Assembly: GCA_965644295.1 (NCBI GenBank)
Contig: CBFFRP010000054.1
Span: 1-64,000, forward strand
DNA: 64,000 bases
Direction of reading: 5' to 3'
From: Paraphysomonas bandaiensis
Taxonomy: Eukaryota > Protista > Chrysophyceae
This document shows, in pieces, positions 1 to 11,879 of the stretch. Made by a program: the position numbers and the translations under genes. The notes below the pieces were generated by a model that was given only the letters and a program-made list of their open reading frames with translations, had not been told where the DNA came from and did no database searches. Positions within the stretch are counted from its first letter, which is position 1. The number at the start of each line of letters is the position of its first letter.

Positions 1-240
1 CAGCAAATGTCAGGTATATCAGCATTCTGCTTGCTCACTGCGTTTGCGTTGAGGGGTAGAGCAAAAGTGGTTGCATGTTGGTGCTTGCGGTGACGCACAA
101 GCAACTTTCGTAGAGCTAAAATGGCAGGATATCAGAGTTGCTCACTGTGTTTGCGTTGAGGGGTAGAGCAAAAGTGGTTGCATGTTGGTGCTTGCGGTGA
201 CGCACAAGCAGCTTTCGTAGAGCTAAAATGGCAGGATATA
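1..240 (+). mobile_element. 3' tail fragment of putative non-LTR retroelement (subfamily A2), with a 107-bp tandem duplication
   Basis: ttgctcactg recurs at 31 and 138 with near-identical downstream sequence. The core ggtgcttgcggtgacgcacaagcagctttcgtagagctaaa matches copies at 7.5, 18.9, 37.3 and 43.2 kb. Ends in (TA)n and runs off the window edge. Confidence 0.7.
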
Positions 241-1571
241 ATATATATATATTATATGGGGCATTTTGACTGCCTGTTGAAGTTAAGAATTCATGATGAG
301 TAGTTCATTTTAAGTAATCATAAACACTGAAGCAACAGATTATCTCAACATTCTACTTGCTTTGGAGGTTATAGATGTTTTTGCAAATTTATTATTTGGC
401 ATTTGCGTAGTCAATAACCGAGGTAATGTGGCAAACTTTCCTCATAGATCAATGGCAATGGCAATGTATGTCACTTGTTCGCCAGTGATGTCTTGCCACA
501 CGTCTACTGCCTAGTCTTTATATCTTCTGACCTAGCTCATTGAGATTATACCAAGGTTTTGACACAGTTCACTAAGTTGCGTGAGGTACAGTGATATGCT
601 TTTATGATATTTCTTGCTTGTAGTAGGTTTTTATCCGAGGGTATACAGCACTGTAGGTTATCTATAGAGGTCAAAATAATGGCTCTGTAAGGTAGATACA
701 TATGCTGGACAAATGCATTCAATGAAGGGAAAACATTAGAATCTGCATCATATTTTGATAGCAATCTGTTTTTAGGTATATCAGTGTGACAAATAGTACC
801 AGCAGTGAGACCGATTCGTGACCATGAGAGGCCTCCAGACCCCAGACTACCTACTGCTGTGAACACCACCTTGTAGGGCCTTAAAAACTTGTCACCTATA
901 AGACTACTAGAGTTCTACAAACGGAATACACGGATGTATGTATATTCGATACTAAACTTGAATGATGTAACTTATATAACTGAACAGTAAACTCACGATA
1001 TACTCAAGTCGTTACATCTACATCTGTTATTATTCATTCATGGTGTTCGCTAAATCTACATCATCATTGCTACCAATCAATACTATCAGCTACGAAATCT
1101 TAGTTAGTCACGATCTTATACACTCGAAGTATTTCAGTTTCTCAATCATAATTTATATATTTATATCATATCATTAATTCATGGGCTACAGTTTTCAACT
1201 ACTGTACTGCGCTAAAAGTAACTTTCATAATTTAAGTACCTTAAATACAAAACTCAACATTCAACCATTATATGTTGCAATACTGTTGTCGATTGTCGAG
1301 TCGGTTGAAAGTATTTCAATATTATCGACGGAATGTAACTTTACAATAGTATAGTATTGTTCCTCAACCCCGATTAAAAACATACAGTATTATTAGTAAC
1401 AAGATAACAATGTTATTCTTCTTTCGCAACTTTTATCTGTATCAACTATCAACCCTATAACACACCACACGTATACTTCTAATATGTATAAAGGGTGTAT
1501 GAAATCCCTTCCCGTCGTTTCTACCCTTAGTTGACGCATAGAAAATATAATAATTACTGTACAATGCGAAA

Positions 1572-3591
1572 CTACGCCTCCATGAGAAGGTAGTGCTTCG
1601 TCAACTGAAGGAGCTCAATAACTTCTGTGTCATGATTTATTACGCAATGAAAAAGTGATCACCACCGCACCTTCTCGTCTGGCCTCAACCAGAGCAGCGA
1701 AGCTGAAGTTATCGTTACTTTTTTCTTCAGGTGCTGTGGATTCTGTGTGTACATCATCGCAGGAAAAGTAACAAACATATTCTACCTGCACAGCCGGGTA
1801 GCGCAGAAGCTCTGTGCCACATTACTACAAGACCAAATTCACTAAGATCTATCCAGTTGACACACAAGTAGTCTCCAGAAGAAATGGTATGCATTGATTC
1901 ACGAATCGGACTACTTGTGCATGCGCCTGATACTGAGGCACAAGCAGGGGTAAGCAAATCTTCAGTCGACGCGGTAAATGAACAATCACAGTTTACATAA
2001 GGCACTCCATGAATGGCTGCCAGTGACTTCTTGAAGACATCACAAAAAGCACCACGACCGTGAGAATTTTCTTCCATGTTAGTTATCACAGTATCGTAAT
2101 TCTCCACCAAACACTCCCTACTAGCAGCCACCTGAGAGATGAAGTAGGGAACTCTGGAGTCAGTAAAGAGAAGGGACTCCTGAATACTCGTTCGTACTCT
2201 GTCTGCAGCGTTCTCAACGCTACTAGGACCACTCAAAAGTTCATCCTCACTGATACTGGAGCAACCAAGAGGGAGAGATGTAGCATTCTTGAACACTGGT
2301 AATACGAGAGGGCAACTCTGACTACGGCTAATGGCCTTCCACCGTGTGACTACTGGATTGAAATTCATCCTTTCCACAGTCCCACCGCGGCTCTTGTTAT
2401 CTATACGAGTGTCAGGGAGCAAGATAAGAGTGATATTTGGGTACCTTGCATTGTTTTCGTGGCCTCGTCGATCTCATTGAGACAAGATGCTGGGTGGTCA
2501 TTGCTTTCTTCACGCAACTGCTGGACTGGATTTGTACTTAACGAATGACGAGAAACTCCAAGTGTATTTTTCAACCATCTCACGGCACCAGAGGCCGACG
2601 ACCACCACGATGTCGTCCGAGGCGGACGGGTGAAATTGTCGGCCGTTATTGGTCGCCCTCCTTTCTGAGGAACCGCCTGTCTAAAAATTGACCGAGTTGC
2701 AACTTCCAAAGTGAACAATATCGCACCTGTCTCAAGGCGATATCAGATGTAGAGTGCTTGATGTGTGGACCAGAGGATACAGATAACGCATCTGCAGTAC
2801 AATCCCTCTTCTCCTCCTCCTTCTTGAGAGAATCGGAACTACCTGGTGAGGAACTACATAATTCCGAGGCGATATATTCCGCGGCTCTCGTGCTTTCCTC
2901 AGAACACACCCATACGCCCGTGGCATAGTGCTCATGTTTAGAATGTACGGATGGCGCTGTGACAGAGGCATACATACAGAGCTCAGATATGTCATCTGGA
3001 AAATAAGTGTCCAAAACATATTCAGCCAATGTATCAATGCGTGAGGAGAGACACTCTAAGATTTGAGTACGCAGTAGTCTCAATTGGGAAGGCCTTGGTG
3101 ACATACCCGGTAATATATTTTGAGTTGCATATATCTAAACCATTGTGACAACAAGGGAGGGTTTCTTTAATAAACCGGTATTTACCTGTGAGAACAAGGC
3201 GGCAAAAGTCTTGGCTTCCATGTGCCGTACATTAGGATGAGTAGACACCACTGTCAAGATATTGACAGAGTCCAAGTGGAATTGTTCAAAATGCCATACT
3301 ATATCACCCTGAATACATATTATAACAAAAGAGATGGCACAACATAAATACCATTTGAATATAACTTAAAGGTGATACTGCTACGCTTGTCACAAGGCCA
3401 TCTTCCCTGAGATCTGTGTCAGTGAGATCATCACATTCATCTATAGTTCCTTTAGAGACTGCATACATCGAATACAGCATAGATGATAATTGCAATGAAT
3501 CTATTTCATTATCTGCACCAAAGTGTGGTATAAACGGGTCAGCATATAGCTGCATGCCGTCATCGAGAGACACGATAACAACACCATTCAT
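1572..3591 (-). CDS. Multi-exon hypothetical protein, possible N-terminal longin-like domain
   Basis: ORFs 3304-3666, 2646-3104, 2401-2718 and 1754-2422 can be joined by short GT-AG introns. ATG at 3591 (MNGVVIVSLDDG); last exon EVIELLQLTKHYLLMEA*. The longin call is only a pattern resemblance. Confidence 0.6.
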
Positions 3592-3968
3592 TGTCAAAGA
3601 TATAAAAGTGACTATAACATGTGTTGAAATGATAGTGAAATGATAGAGAATGAATGAATTAATCAACGTTCAATGATGTTATAGTATAACAGTGTCAATC
3701 ATATGGATATCATACATATAGAACATACACTGATCACTGCCATATAATACAGTCCACAGAGAATAGTAGCCTTTCTCCTCAATATATCAATCAAATGAGG
3801 ATATGAAATCTATCATTCAAGCATCTGTAGGGTTATTAATTATGTAGATAGGATAATATGGATATGGATAGTAATATATGATGATTACTGTGTAGAGATA
3901 TACATGTATGAACTGCTATTTAATAGGAGCACTTGTATGTGGAAATACAGTGATTGTATACGGAGATG

Positions 3969-4083
3969 TGCAAGAAATAGGCTCCAAAATATAGGTATTC
4001 CCACATTTTCTATGAAAATAATCAATTTTCATACTCAAAATTCATTATTTTGGAGACTACTGTATTGTTACCTATTTTTTGCA
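3969..4083. repeat. Degenerate nested inverted repeat (MITE-like remnant)
   Basis: Three nested complementary pairs: tgcaagaaatagg/cctattttttgca, ctccaaaata/tattttggag and tatgaaaat/attttcata. Confidence 0.5.
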
Positions 4084-4611
4084 GTAGGGCATACTGTATA
4101 TCTCGCAGCTCTCGGTATACCGTACCTGGTATACTGAACTGGTGTACTGTGGTAGACTACAGTCACTGTATTCCATGTATAATCTGAATGGATATCCATG
4201 AAGCTGTACTACATATAGTGTACAATCTCTGTACTAGTTATCCGTCCATTAGTACAGTAGTGTACGTACTGGACATGTCCGTAGTCCAGTATTCTTGATA
4301 GAGTGTTCAATGATTGGTGTGAATTTGCATACGAATCACCTAAAACTGTAACAGAATTCTGTAGATACTGTCTGTAGATATCTACTACACTCCTCCGCAT
4401 GACGACCTCCCATCACATACATACATATACATACTGTACATATCCAGTAGACTGGTACTGTAGCTACTAGACTGATCGTTAACCATAACAAACACTCATC
4501 ATACAATCAGATCATAGAACTCACTGTATATATATATATATATTCAAGTAATAGTGAGTTTCATATTTTTTTCTTGTTATTTCATACAGCATTAAAACTG
4601 TTTTTAAAATT

Positions 4612-6561
4612 ATGCCACCAGTAACAGATAGCGCTGAAGTGGAAATGTATTGTGAGAGGAAGGAAGACACTCATATAGATGATTGTACACATGTAGAACG
4701 ACATGATACATCAATATCAGGAGATGATAGTCCATCTAAGATCATAAGAAAGACAACATCTGTACAGTTGTATGAGAAGATCAGTGAAGTGGCGATGGTC
4801 ATATCTAAGAGTGAGGAGTTATACCCATGGGCTAATGTATTACTCATTGCTATTACTATTGGTGCTATTGAGTATATCCCAACAGCTGCGTTGGCATGGA
4901 CAATTCCTCTCCGTTTTCGTTTCTTGGATTGGATGGTAGAAAACTATGGCTTGTACGCTATGGTTTTGGCGAATATCGCCCTATCAATGGGTCTGGTATG
5001 TGGAGCTGTCCTTTTAACACTTTTAGTCGTGCCTTGTACCGCTGGATCCGGTGTTCCACAACTAACAGCTTATTTGTGTAACGGAGAGCTCCTTGATTAC
5101 GATTTACTGTCTATAAAGACAGTGGTTGTAAAAATGGTGGGTGTGGTGTTGGCCATATCGGGCGGTCTTGCTATTGGCAGGGAAGGCCCAGCTATCCACA
5201 TTGGCGCGGCTATTGGAGACCTAACTAATCGACTTGTGAACAAAACGATACGAATGACTACTGGTTATAAGGTCCCGTTTGATGGGTTGGTGAAGAGTAA
5301 TGTTGTGATGATGGGTGCTGCTGCTGGGTTCGCCTCCGCATTCCGTGCTCCTGTTGGGGGCATGCTCTACTGCGTAGAAGAGATAGCAACCCACTGGGAT
5401 ATAAGAGCGCACATGACAGTTGGTGCACAAATGTTTGTAACTGTAGCTGTTTCTGCTTTTACTACTTACGCAATTGTTCGCTCCACCCGCAACTCCGAAG
5501 GTTTTTCATTCTCCTCCATTATTATATTTGACGGTGATGAGGCAGCGTTGCATGATGGCGTTATATACACCTACACTGATATTTTGGGCTTCTTGTTGAC
5601 TGCTGTCGTATGTGGAGTTATTGGCGGAGTGTATACCAAGGCCTCCATTTGGGTGCATCGGTTCAGGCAACAGTGCACCTGGTTAAAGCCAATGTACGCC
5701 AAGGTTATTGACGCCATGCTAGTGGCCGCCGTAACGGCTGCTGTTTTCTCCTCTGAATCGCTAGTGTACACACACTGCAAACATGTCCCTGAATTTGATG
5801 ATGATGGGAACCACCGAATGTTAGCTGGGGCTGGCGCTGAGAGGAAGTATGTTCAATACAGCTGCGGGGAGAATTCGTACTCAGAGCTCGCCTCACTGTC
5901 TCTTACAGGTGAGGAGGGGGTCATCCGGCACTTACTTTCAAGAGACTCAGTCGAATTCCAGTTGGTTCCTCTGCTTATTTTTCTGGTGACGTATACCCCT
6001 CTCACAGTTCTTGTCCGTGGGCTTCCATTACCATGTGGGTCATTTGTTCCAAATCTCCTGCTGGGAAGTCTGATTGGGCGTATCATTGGTGAATTTGCAG
6101 AGCTCACATTTCCTGACTCGCAGATATCTGTACCGGGTGTGTATGCGCTTATTGGAGCGGCCTCACAGCTGGGTGCTTGGACACGTACCATGATGGCAGT
6201 AGTCGTAACCCTAGTGGAGATCACTGGGGACGTGGGGTTGATCGGACCATTGATATGCTGTGTGGTGGTGTCACGAGGAATAGCCACCCATATATGCCAC
6301 CACAGCTTTACTCACGAACTCTTTTATGCCATCGTGGATGAACCTGACTCCCACGAGACACCGATGCTTCACCCCAATGATTGGGCTCCACCTGGACCAA
6401 AGTCTCGCCGTGTCCGTCGATCGGTGGACCATGGATCCATTGACGGTGGATCTGTTGCTGATGGGTACGGTGGTGCTGATACCTACTACAGACCTCAGAC
6501 TACGATCGCCGAAGAGTCAACGGCGGATATTACTGTTGATAACCAGGAGGCGAGGGTGTGA
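4612..6561 (+). CDS. CLC: CLC-family chloride channel/anion-proton antiporter, intronless, no CBS domains
   Basis: 649-aa ORF with CLC signatures GSGVP, GREGP, FRAPVGG..EE and GSFVP, plus many hydrophobic helices. Confidence 0.95.
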   Translation: MPPVTDSAEVEMYCERKEDTHIDDCTHVERHDTSISGDDSPSKIIRKTTSVQLYEKISEVAMVISKSEELYPWANVLLIAITIGAIEYIPTAALAWTIPLRFRFLDWMVENYGLYAMVLANIALSMGLVCGAVLLTLLVVPCTAGSGVPQLTAYLCNGELLDYDLLSIKTVVVKMVGVVLAISGGLAIGREGPAIHIGAAIGDLTNRLVNKTIRMTTGYKVPFDGLVKSNVVMMGAAAGFASAFRAPVGGMLYCVEEIATHWDIRAHMTVGAQMFVTVAVSAFTTYAIVRSTRNSEGFSFSSIIIFDGDEAALHDGVIYTYTDILGFLLTAVVCGVIGGVYTKASIWVHRFRQQCTWLKPMYAKVIDAMLVAAVTAAVFSSESLVYTHCKHVPEFDDDGNHRMLAGAGAERKYVQYSCGENSYSELASLSLTGEEGVIRHLLSRDSVEFQLVPLLIFLVTYTPLTVLVRGLPLPCGSFVPNLLLGSLIGRIIGEFAELTFPDSQISVPGVYALIGAASQLGAWTRTMMAVVVTLVEITGDVGLIGPLICCVVVSRGIATHICHHSFTHELFYAIVDEPDSHETPMLHPNDWAPPGPKSRRVRRSVDHGSIDGGSVADGYGGADTYYRPQTTIAEESTADITVDNQEARV

Positions 6562-7379
6562 ATTACTTTTCATGAAGACGACGATTGTTGTCAAATGTCC
6601 AATATGCTGTATGTGTCGTTTTTCTAACGGCTTTGTTAAGGCCAGTTCGTATCAATTGATAATACATGTTTTATACAGTTGCACTATGATTTACTGGTTG
6701 TCATTGGGACAACTTTTCAAGTTACGTGTTTTAAATATATTTCCGAGGCACTCCAACGGATGACGAATGATTAGTGTGGTAGTAAGTTGTCAATCGTAAT
6801 GAGGCTGTTCCAATTGATGATAATCGAGCAGCTGATGAAGTTAAGAAACGATAATAATAATGCGGTAAAGTTGTTACCCAGCTTGTTGATCTGTGTTGTT
6901 AAGTCTTTGTTTTATGTACCTCGCAGACGATGAGGCTCAGTCTAGTTTTTAATAGGCTGTAATAATATATTAGAATATGGATTATATTCTAGTATATTCA
7001 TTGTGGCACTTGAAGACGATGTAGAATACAGTGAAATATGGTGCTGTACAAATGTTGTGATGATATTGAGAAACTAAAATAGTTTGATCTTTCAAGATAT
7101 GTTTAGTAACGAGAGGTTCACATATGTAGGAGATTTTGCAAAATGAGACTGTGTTGTTTGCCACACTTTCGTGTAAACGATTTTAATTAATTTATCTAGT
7201 CTAAAGACAATTTATCTCTGAGATCTAGTTAAGAATGAGCAATTTCCAATATAATAAACAAAACTAGAAACATCTTTTATAAGTTAATCCTTCCAACATA
7301 CTTCCCTCTGAACAGACCGAAGTTACTGCCTTTCGAGATATATTATTCAACCGAGTCAAATTGCTTGAATTACCTATGC

Positions 7380-7935
7380 ATTGAATGTCTTATTATTTAT
7401 CAATAGGCGTTGAAAACCTGCACTAATTAGTGGCTAGAAGAATACTAAACAGACAATTTAGACCTCTACCCGTAACTAATCAATACAAACTCTTTTATTC
7501 TACTATTTAACGCTACAGAAGCTGCTTGTGCGTCGCCTCAAGCACCAACGCGCAACCACTTCCGTACTGAGTGTGTGTTATAAGGCTCGCCATGATCATG
7601 TGTCCTGGGACTCACCGGCGCGTATGATCTGGAGGTCACCCCTTGGGATGAGACTCCACTGGGTTAGGAGGGGGCTCAGGGTTTTGTATTAAGCCCCTGA
7701 GTGTAGCGAGTTCTAGGTGGGTGGGCTGTGAGTTGGATAGAGCAGTGGGATGAGGCGTTGAATGTGTGGGCAATGATGCTGTGCTTTTTTTGGACCTCTG
7801 GAGTAGATGGAGTTGCCGGAGACGGCGTCTTTCGGGGGGATCTGGACGGTGATAAAGTCGTTTGGATTAGGTCGGTGGGATTTGTGTGTGCGGCGGGAGG
7901 TGGCGCAGTTACGGGTCTTTACCTTCCCTTTCTCC
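7380..7935 (-). mobile_element. 5'-truncated 3' end of putative non-LTR retroelement (subfamily A1)
   Basis: The reverse complement of 7380-7760 aligns with 18720-19077, including the hairpin core and terminal aacgcctattg..aataagacattcaat. The upper boundary is approximate. Confidence 0.75.
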
Positions 7936-8335
7936 GAAAAATACTTGGCGTGCATATAGTATATTATAGTGATATGTGATGAGCGTGCACGTGTAGTATA
8001 GTGATATGTGTGTAGTGCTGTAATACTGTAATGGAAGAGTGCAGAGTTTTTGGGAAATTGTGTGGCTGTGTACTCTGTACTCGCTATATGAAAACTTGTC
8101 ATAATATATTAATTATCGACAACAATATATTGTTACCCTGGTTAGGCGGATAGTTCGATAGTTCAGTCTGCTATTTTTATATTTAAAATAAGAACTAAGT
8201 AAATCTAATATATTACATATGCCCCATTCCGAGGGTTTGTGTGTATGTATTAAATCATAGCCAGCAACACATATAGGGCCTATCACACTCAGAATGGGGC
8301 AGTATATACAAGCGCTACAGAGAATCCGTGGTACA

Positions 8336-9596
8336 CTACGAAACTAATCTGACAGAGTTATCTTTTGGCCAAATTAACACATACGGTTTGGATGAATCGC
8401 CACACGTGGACCTCGTAGGATACAAACCACTCATGTAATCTTCAGGGGATGTGTCTACTTTCTTTTCCATTCTACGACCAATTAAATGGGTGGTTTTATT
8501 TACTGCCGCCAACACCGCATCCCTAATTTGGATATCTGAAAACTTTAGGAGCTGATCAGATTCCGTATAGTAGATATGTGTAATTGCATTTTGGTTATAC
8601 GGTCCTGGAAATGTAATGCGAGGCTCCACAGTTATTTGATGGCACGGTACTTCTCGAGATTTTTTGTCAACTCTCTTGTGTGGGTCAGATATATTGTGCT
8701 TGTTACGATACCAGCAATTGATTTGGTGAATGTGTTTTTTGGCCCACATGATTAGTCCAAATGGAAGGTTTGCAGGTCTACCAAGTCCGCTAATCATGTG
8801 CAGATATACTCTCTTCGACACCGCATGACCTAAATCACTTACCTGCAGATACCAGTTAATGAGGTGTAAAATCTATACGAGGTTCATGATCTGACCATGC
8901 CAGAGAGCAGAGTGAGATCTTCGTCGCGCACGACACCAACAACAACACTTCCGAAGTGTTGGAGAAGTGAGCATACAGTGGCAATTGTTTGCATGGCCTT
9001 GATATCTGCTTTTACCTGCTCCCAGTCAGTGTGAATAAAAACTAATTAAGTTTTATGACCTTACCAAGGAATTCCCTTGTCCCAATGATTTTACTTTCAA
9101 ATCGGCAGTAACATTGGGTGGGCGTCCGCCAAAAAAAGGAACAATTGCTAATGTAGAATCATGATAGGCGCTTCCGAATGTCCCGCATTCGCCCTTCATT
9201 GCAGATTCAGACATCACTCTTGTAATCTCTTCAGAGTAATTGTAGCCATACTTTTTACGGTTAAAATGCTCAAATCGACTCATATGATGGACAAAATACA
9301 ATGATTCATTATGAAACTGAAAGTTATTTTGTGCAGTTGTCACAACATTCCAATTAGCTGCTTCCATTTTATGCCAATGCAATCCATAGTTCAGGCGATA
9401 TAGCAGATCCACATGTATGAGCCTTCATGTGTTAAGTGCTGTAAAATGAGATAATAATAACGATATAACTAACCTACCATGATGCAGTATAGGGGCATCC
9501 ACCACGATTCACGCGATTCATAAAGTATTCATATGCATCTGTAGTGATGGCTATTGATGATAATATAATGAACCATAGTGACATCATGCAATACAT
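8336..9596 (-). CDS. Hypothetical secreted/membrane protein, possibly glycosyltransferase-like
   Basis: Hydrophobic N-terminus MYCMMSLWFIILSSIAITT. ORFs 9053-9412 and 8336-8821 plus small exons are joined by GT-AG introns. Contains the motif IYYTESDQLL. Confidence 0.7.
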
Positions 9597-9702
9597 GAAC
9601 ACTGGAATGATTCTTCTAGAAGTGAATATATGAAGGGTTTGTCTATGTATGGAGTATTTAATGTGACCCTATCAAACATGCATATATATGGGACATATAA
9701 TA

Positions 9703-9925
9703 GAGTACCACATACACACTATACAGAGCAGAGTACATACACACTATACAGAGCAGAGTACATACACACTATACAGAGCACACTATACAGAGCAGAGTAC
9801 ATACACACTATACAGAGCAGAGTACATACACACTATACATATACAGAGTACATGTATACCTATACAGAGCAGAGTACATACACACTACGACGTATACAGA
9901 GCCGAGTACATACACACTCTATATG
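9703..9925. repeat. Minisatellite, 25-bp unit catacacactatacagagcagagta
   Basis: About eight full or degenerate tandem units. Explains the repetitive ORFs 9630-10088 and 9688-9972. Confidence 0.9.
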
Positions 9926-10280
9926 CACAGTACAGCAGTACTCCTGTACACATATACCGTACACGGAGCTAGTACACGTAGGGGTTCTCTGTACTTCGTA
10001 CTCCTGTTATACTGTACTGGTGTACTGTACTGCTGTACTGTACTGCTGTACTGCTGTATATAATATGCCGTTACAGACCCTCTCATAGCCTCTCTGATAT
10101 CACCACAGGAGTCACAGTGCAGAGAGCAATCAATCTAGTCAATCATATACTATTGTTATTTAATTTCAGGATACATTGAATGATATATTGCTAACACTGT
10201 GTTAGTATCTGAAATATTGAGGTTTATTTATCCGTTGGACTGAAGAGAATCATTCGTGGAGGTATATTTCATTTGCATCC

Positions 10281-10859
10281 ATGAAATCTAAAAGAGTAGG
10301 TGGGAGGGGTAGAGGAGGGAGAGGAAGAGGAGGGCGCCCTGTGATCAGGACCATTTCGTCTGGTGCTATTGCTGATATAGACTCAATGCTGAAAGGTGTC
10401 ACAACACCTCCACCTCAGGAGAAAAAAGATGAAGAAGATGCTTTTTCCACTGAACTGGCAATTGTGTTTCTTAATGGTGATATCAAAACTGTGCATCTTG
10501 CCAATGGTCCTTTATCTTATTGGGAGCTTCAAGAACAAATTTCAAAATATCTTCCTGGAAGCACTCAAATGTTTTCAATTCTCTCCGATAAAAAGAAGCA
10601 ATATATTACGTCTGAAAACTTTCAGCCGTCCCCAAAATTTTATATAAAGGAGTACTTTTCTCCGATTGCCACTTCTCGATACCCTCTTGTTCCGGTAAAA
10701 TGGGATTTCAAAACCTATCACGCCAAACCCAACTATTTCTATGATGCAGAAGAAGCAAAGCAAGAGGATTTGAAAAAACGAGAGTTAATGAGGCAAATGG
10801 AGAGAGAACAAGAAGAACAGTTGGCTAGGGAATTTTTAGCTAGTGCCGATGGTAGTTAA
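10281..10859 (+). CDS. Hypothetical protein with N-terminal RGG repeat and C-terminal coiled coil
   Basis: 192-aa ATG-initiated ORF with GGRGRGGRGRGG, a globular middle and a charged helical tail. Confidence 0.75.
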   Translation: MKSKRVGGRGRGGRGRGGRPVIRTISSGAIADIDSMLKGVTTPPPQEKKDEEDAFSTELAIVFLNGDIKTVHLANGPLSYWELQEQISKYLPGSTQMFSILSDKKKQYITSENFQPSPKFYIKEYFSPIATSRYPLVPVKWDFKTYHAKPNYFYDAEEAKQEDLKKRELMRQMEREQEEQLAREFLASADGS

Positions 10860-11339
10860 CACATTGTATTTTACACTCTCACTGCTGAAGAGTTGATGAG
10901 AAACCTGTATTTGTCGTGTAATATATTAATTCTAGTCGTTGTTTACATTTGGGATATGGTGCTGTACTAAGCTAGTGTTTTATCCTATCTACAATATATC
11001 ACCCGGTGTCGTTTTTAAACATACTAAATTTTTCATTTGTTCTTACTAAACTAAAAAGTGCATTTGTTCCTGCTAAACTGAAAATGGCAGTTGTGCCATT
11101 AATAGATTTAGTAGTTTCGAATAAAATTCTTAACTTAGTATGAAGTATGAATCTCAGTAGGATCAGCTGCGTTTTTTAATTTCGTTGGGACGTTAGCAGA
11201 TTTAGTAGGAAACCATTTACCTTGTGACAGCGATACAATATTTCAAATAGTTTCAAATAAAGAGTTTCAAATAGCAGAGTGTAAGTGTATGATTCTTTAA
11301 ATTATATATATCTCGGTGAAAATAAGATTTAAGCTTATT

Positions 11340-11584
11340 AGTAAAACAATGTTGTGATTATTAGAGTGTAAGTAATGAACACGATAGAGTGAAAATTATG
11401 AATAACAATATTATAGAACGTACTATCATGCACAACGGAATAGTTAGAAGTGTAACTGATAATGACGACGTTATGATGACGATCACGTATCTTCGACAGA
11501 TACTCTCTCTAATTCAGTTCATGGTATATTTCATTGAACATTATAACTCACAGATACAATCATGTATTAAGCTGAATCCTAATA
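11340..11584 (+). repeat. Dispersed repeat family B, copy 1
   Basis: About 245 nt align in inverted orientation to 36783-37027 with scattered substitutions. Confidence 0.85.
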
Positions 11585-11879
11585 GGTGAAACAATTTCTA
11601 CATCTTTCTACTGTTCAAGACAGGTGTCATTTACACTTAGGCTATGTTCTTAGCCACTAAAGCGTATCATATTACAGTAGCACTGTCGGATGCAGCAAAT
11701 TCACATAGGCCAATACTGATGAATTGTAAAGACGCATGTAGATAGTAATTGTGCTTTTAAACGATCAACATTTTCTCGGGAGTTACACAGTGTGTTTGTA
11801 ACTAGTATGGGCTCTAGGCAACTATCACAACTGCAAGTAGAAATATATAATTGCAAACAACTATTTGAAACTTCTTGCG

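Noticed and set aside
546-869. 107-aa minus-strand ORF
   Set aside because: No ATG start and no recognisable motif. Possibly decayed element sequence, but unsupported.
6793-6852. Hammerhead-like core (ATCGTA..CTGATGA agttaa GAAACGAT) downstream of the CLC gene
   Set aside because: Stem III pairs, but stem II cannot form and six extra bases separate the cleavage triplet from stem I. Likely chance.
9410-9480. In-frame TGA suggesting selenocysteine or recoding
   Set aside because: Removed by a canonical intron (gtaggt..catgaag) that restores the frame.
9630-10088. Repetitive ORFs and a CRISPR-like periodicity
   Set aside because: A 25-bp minisatellite without unique spacers. No cas genes and a eukaryotic context.
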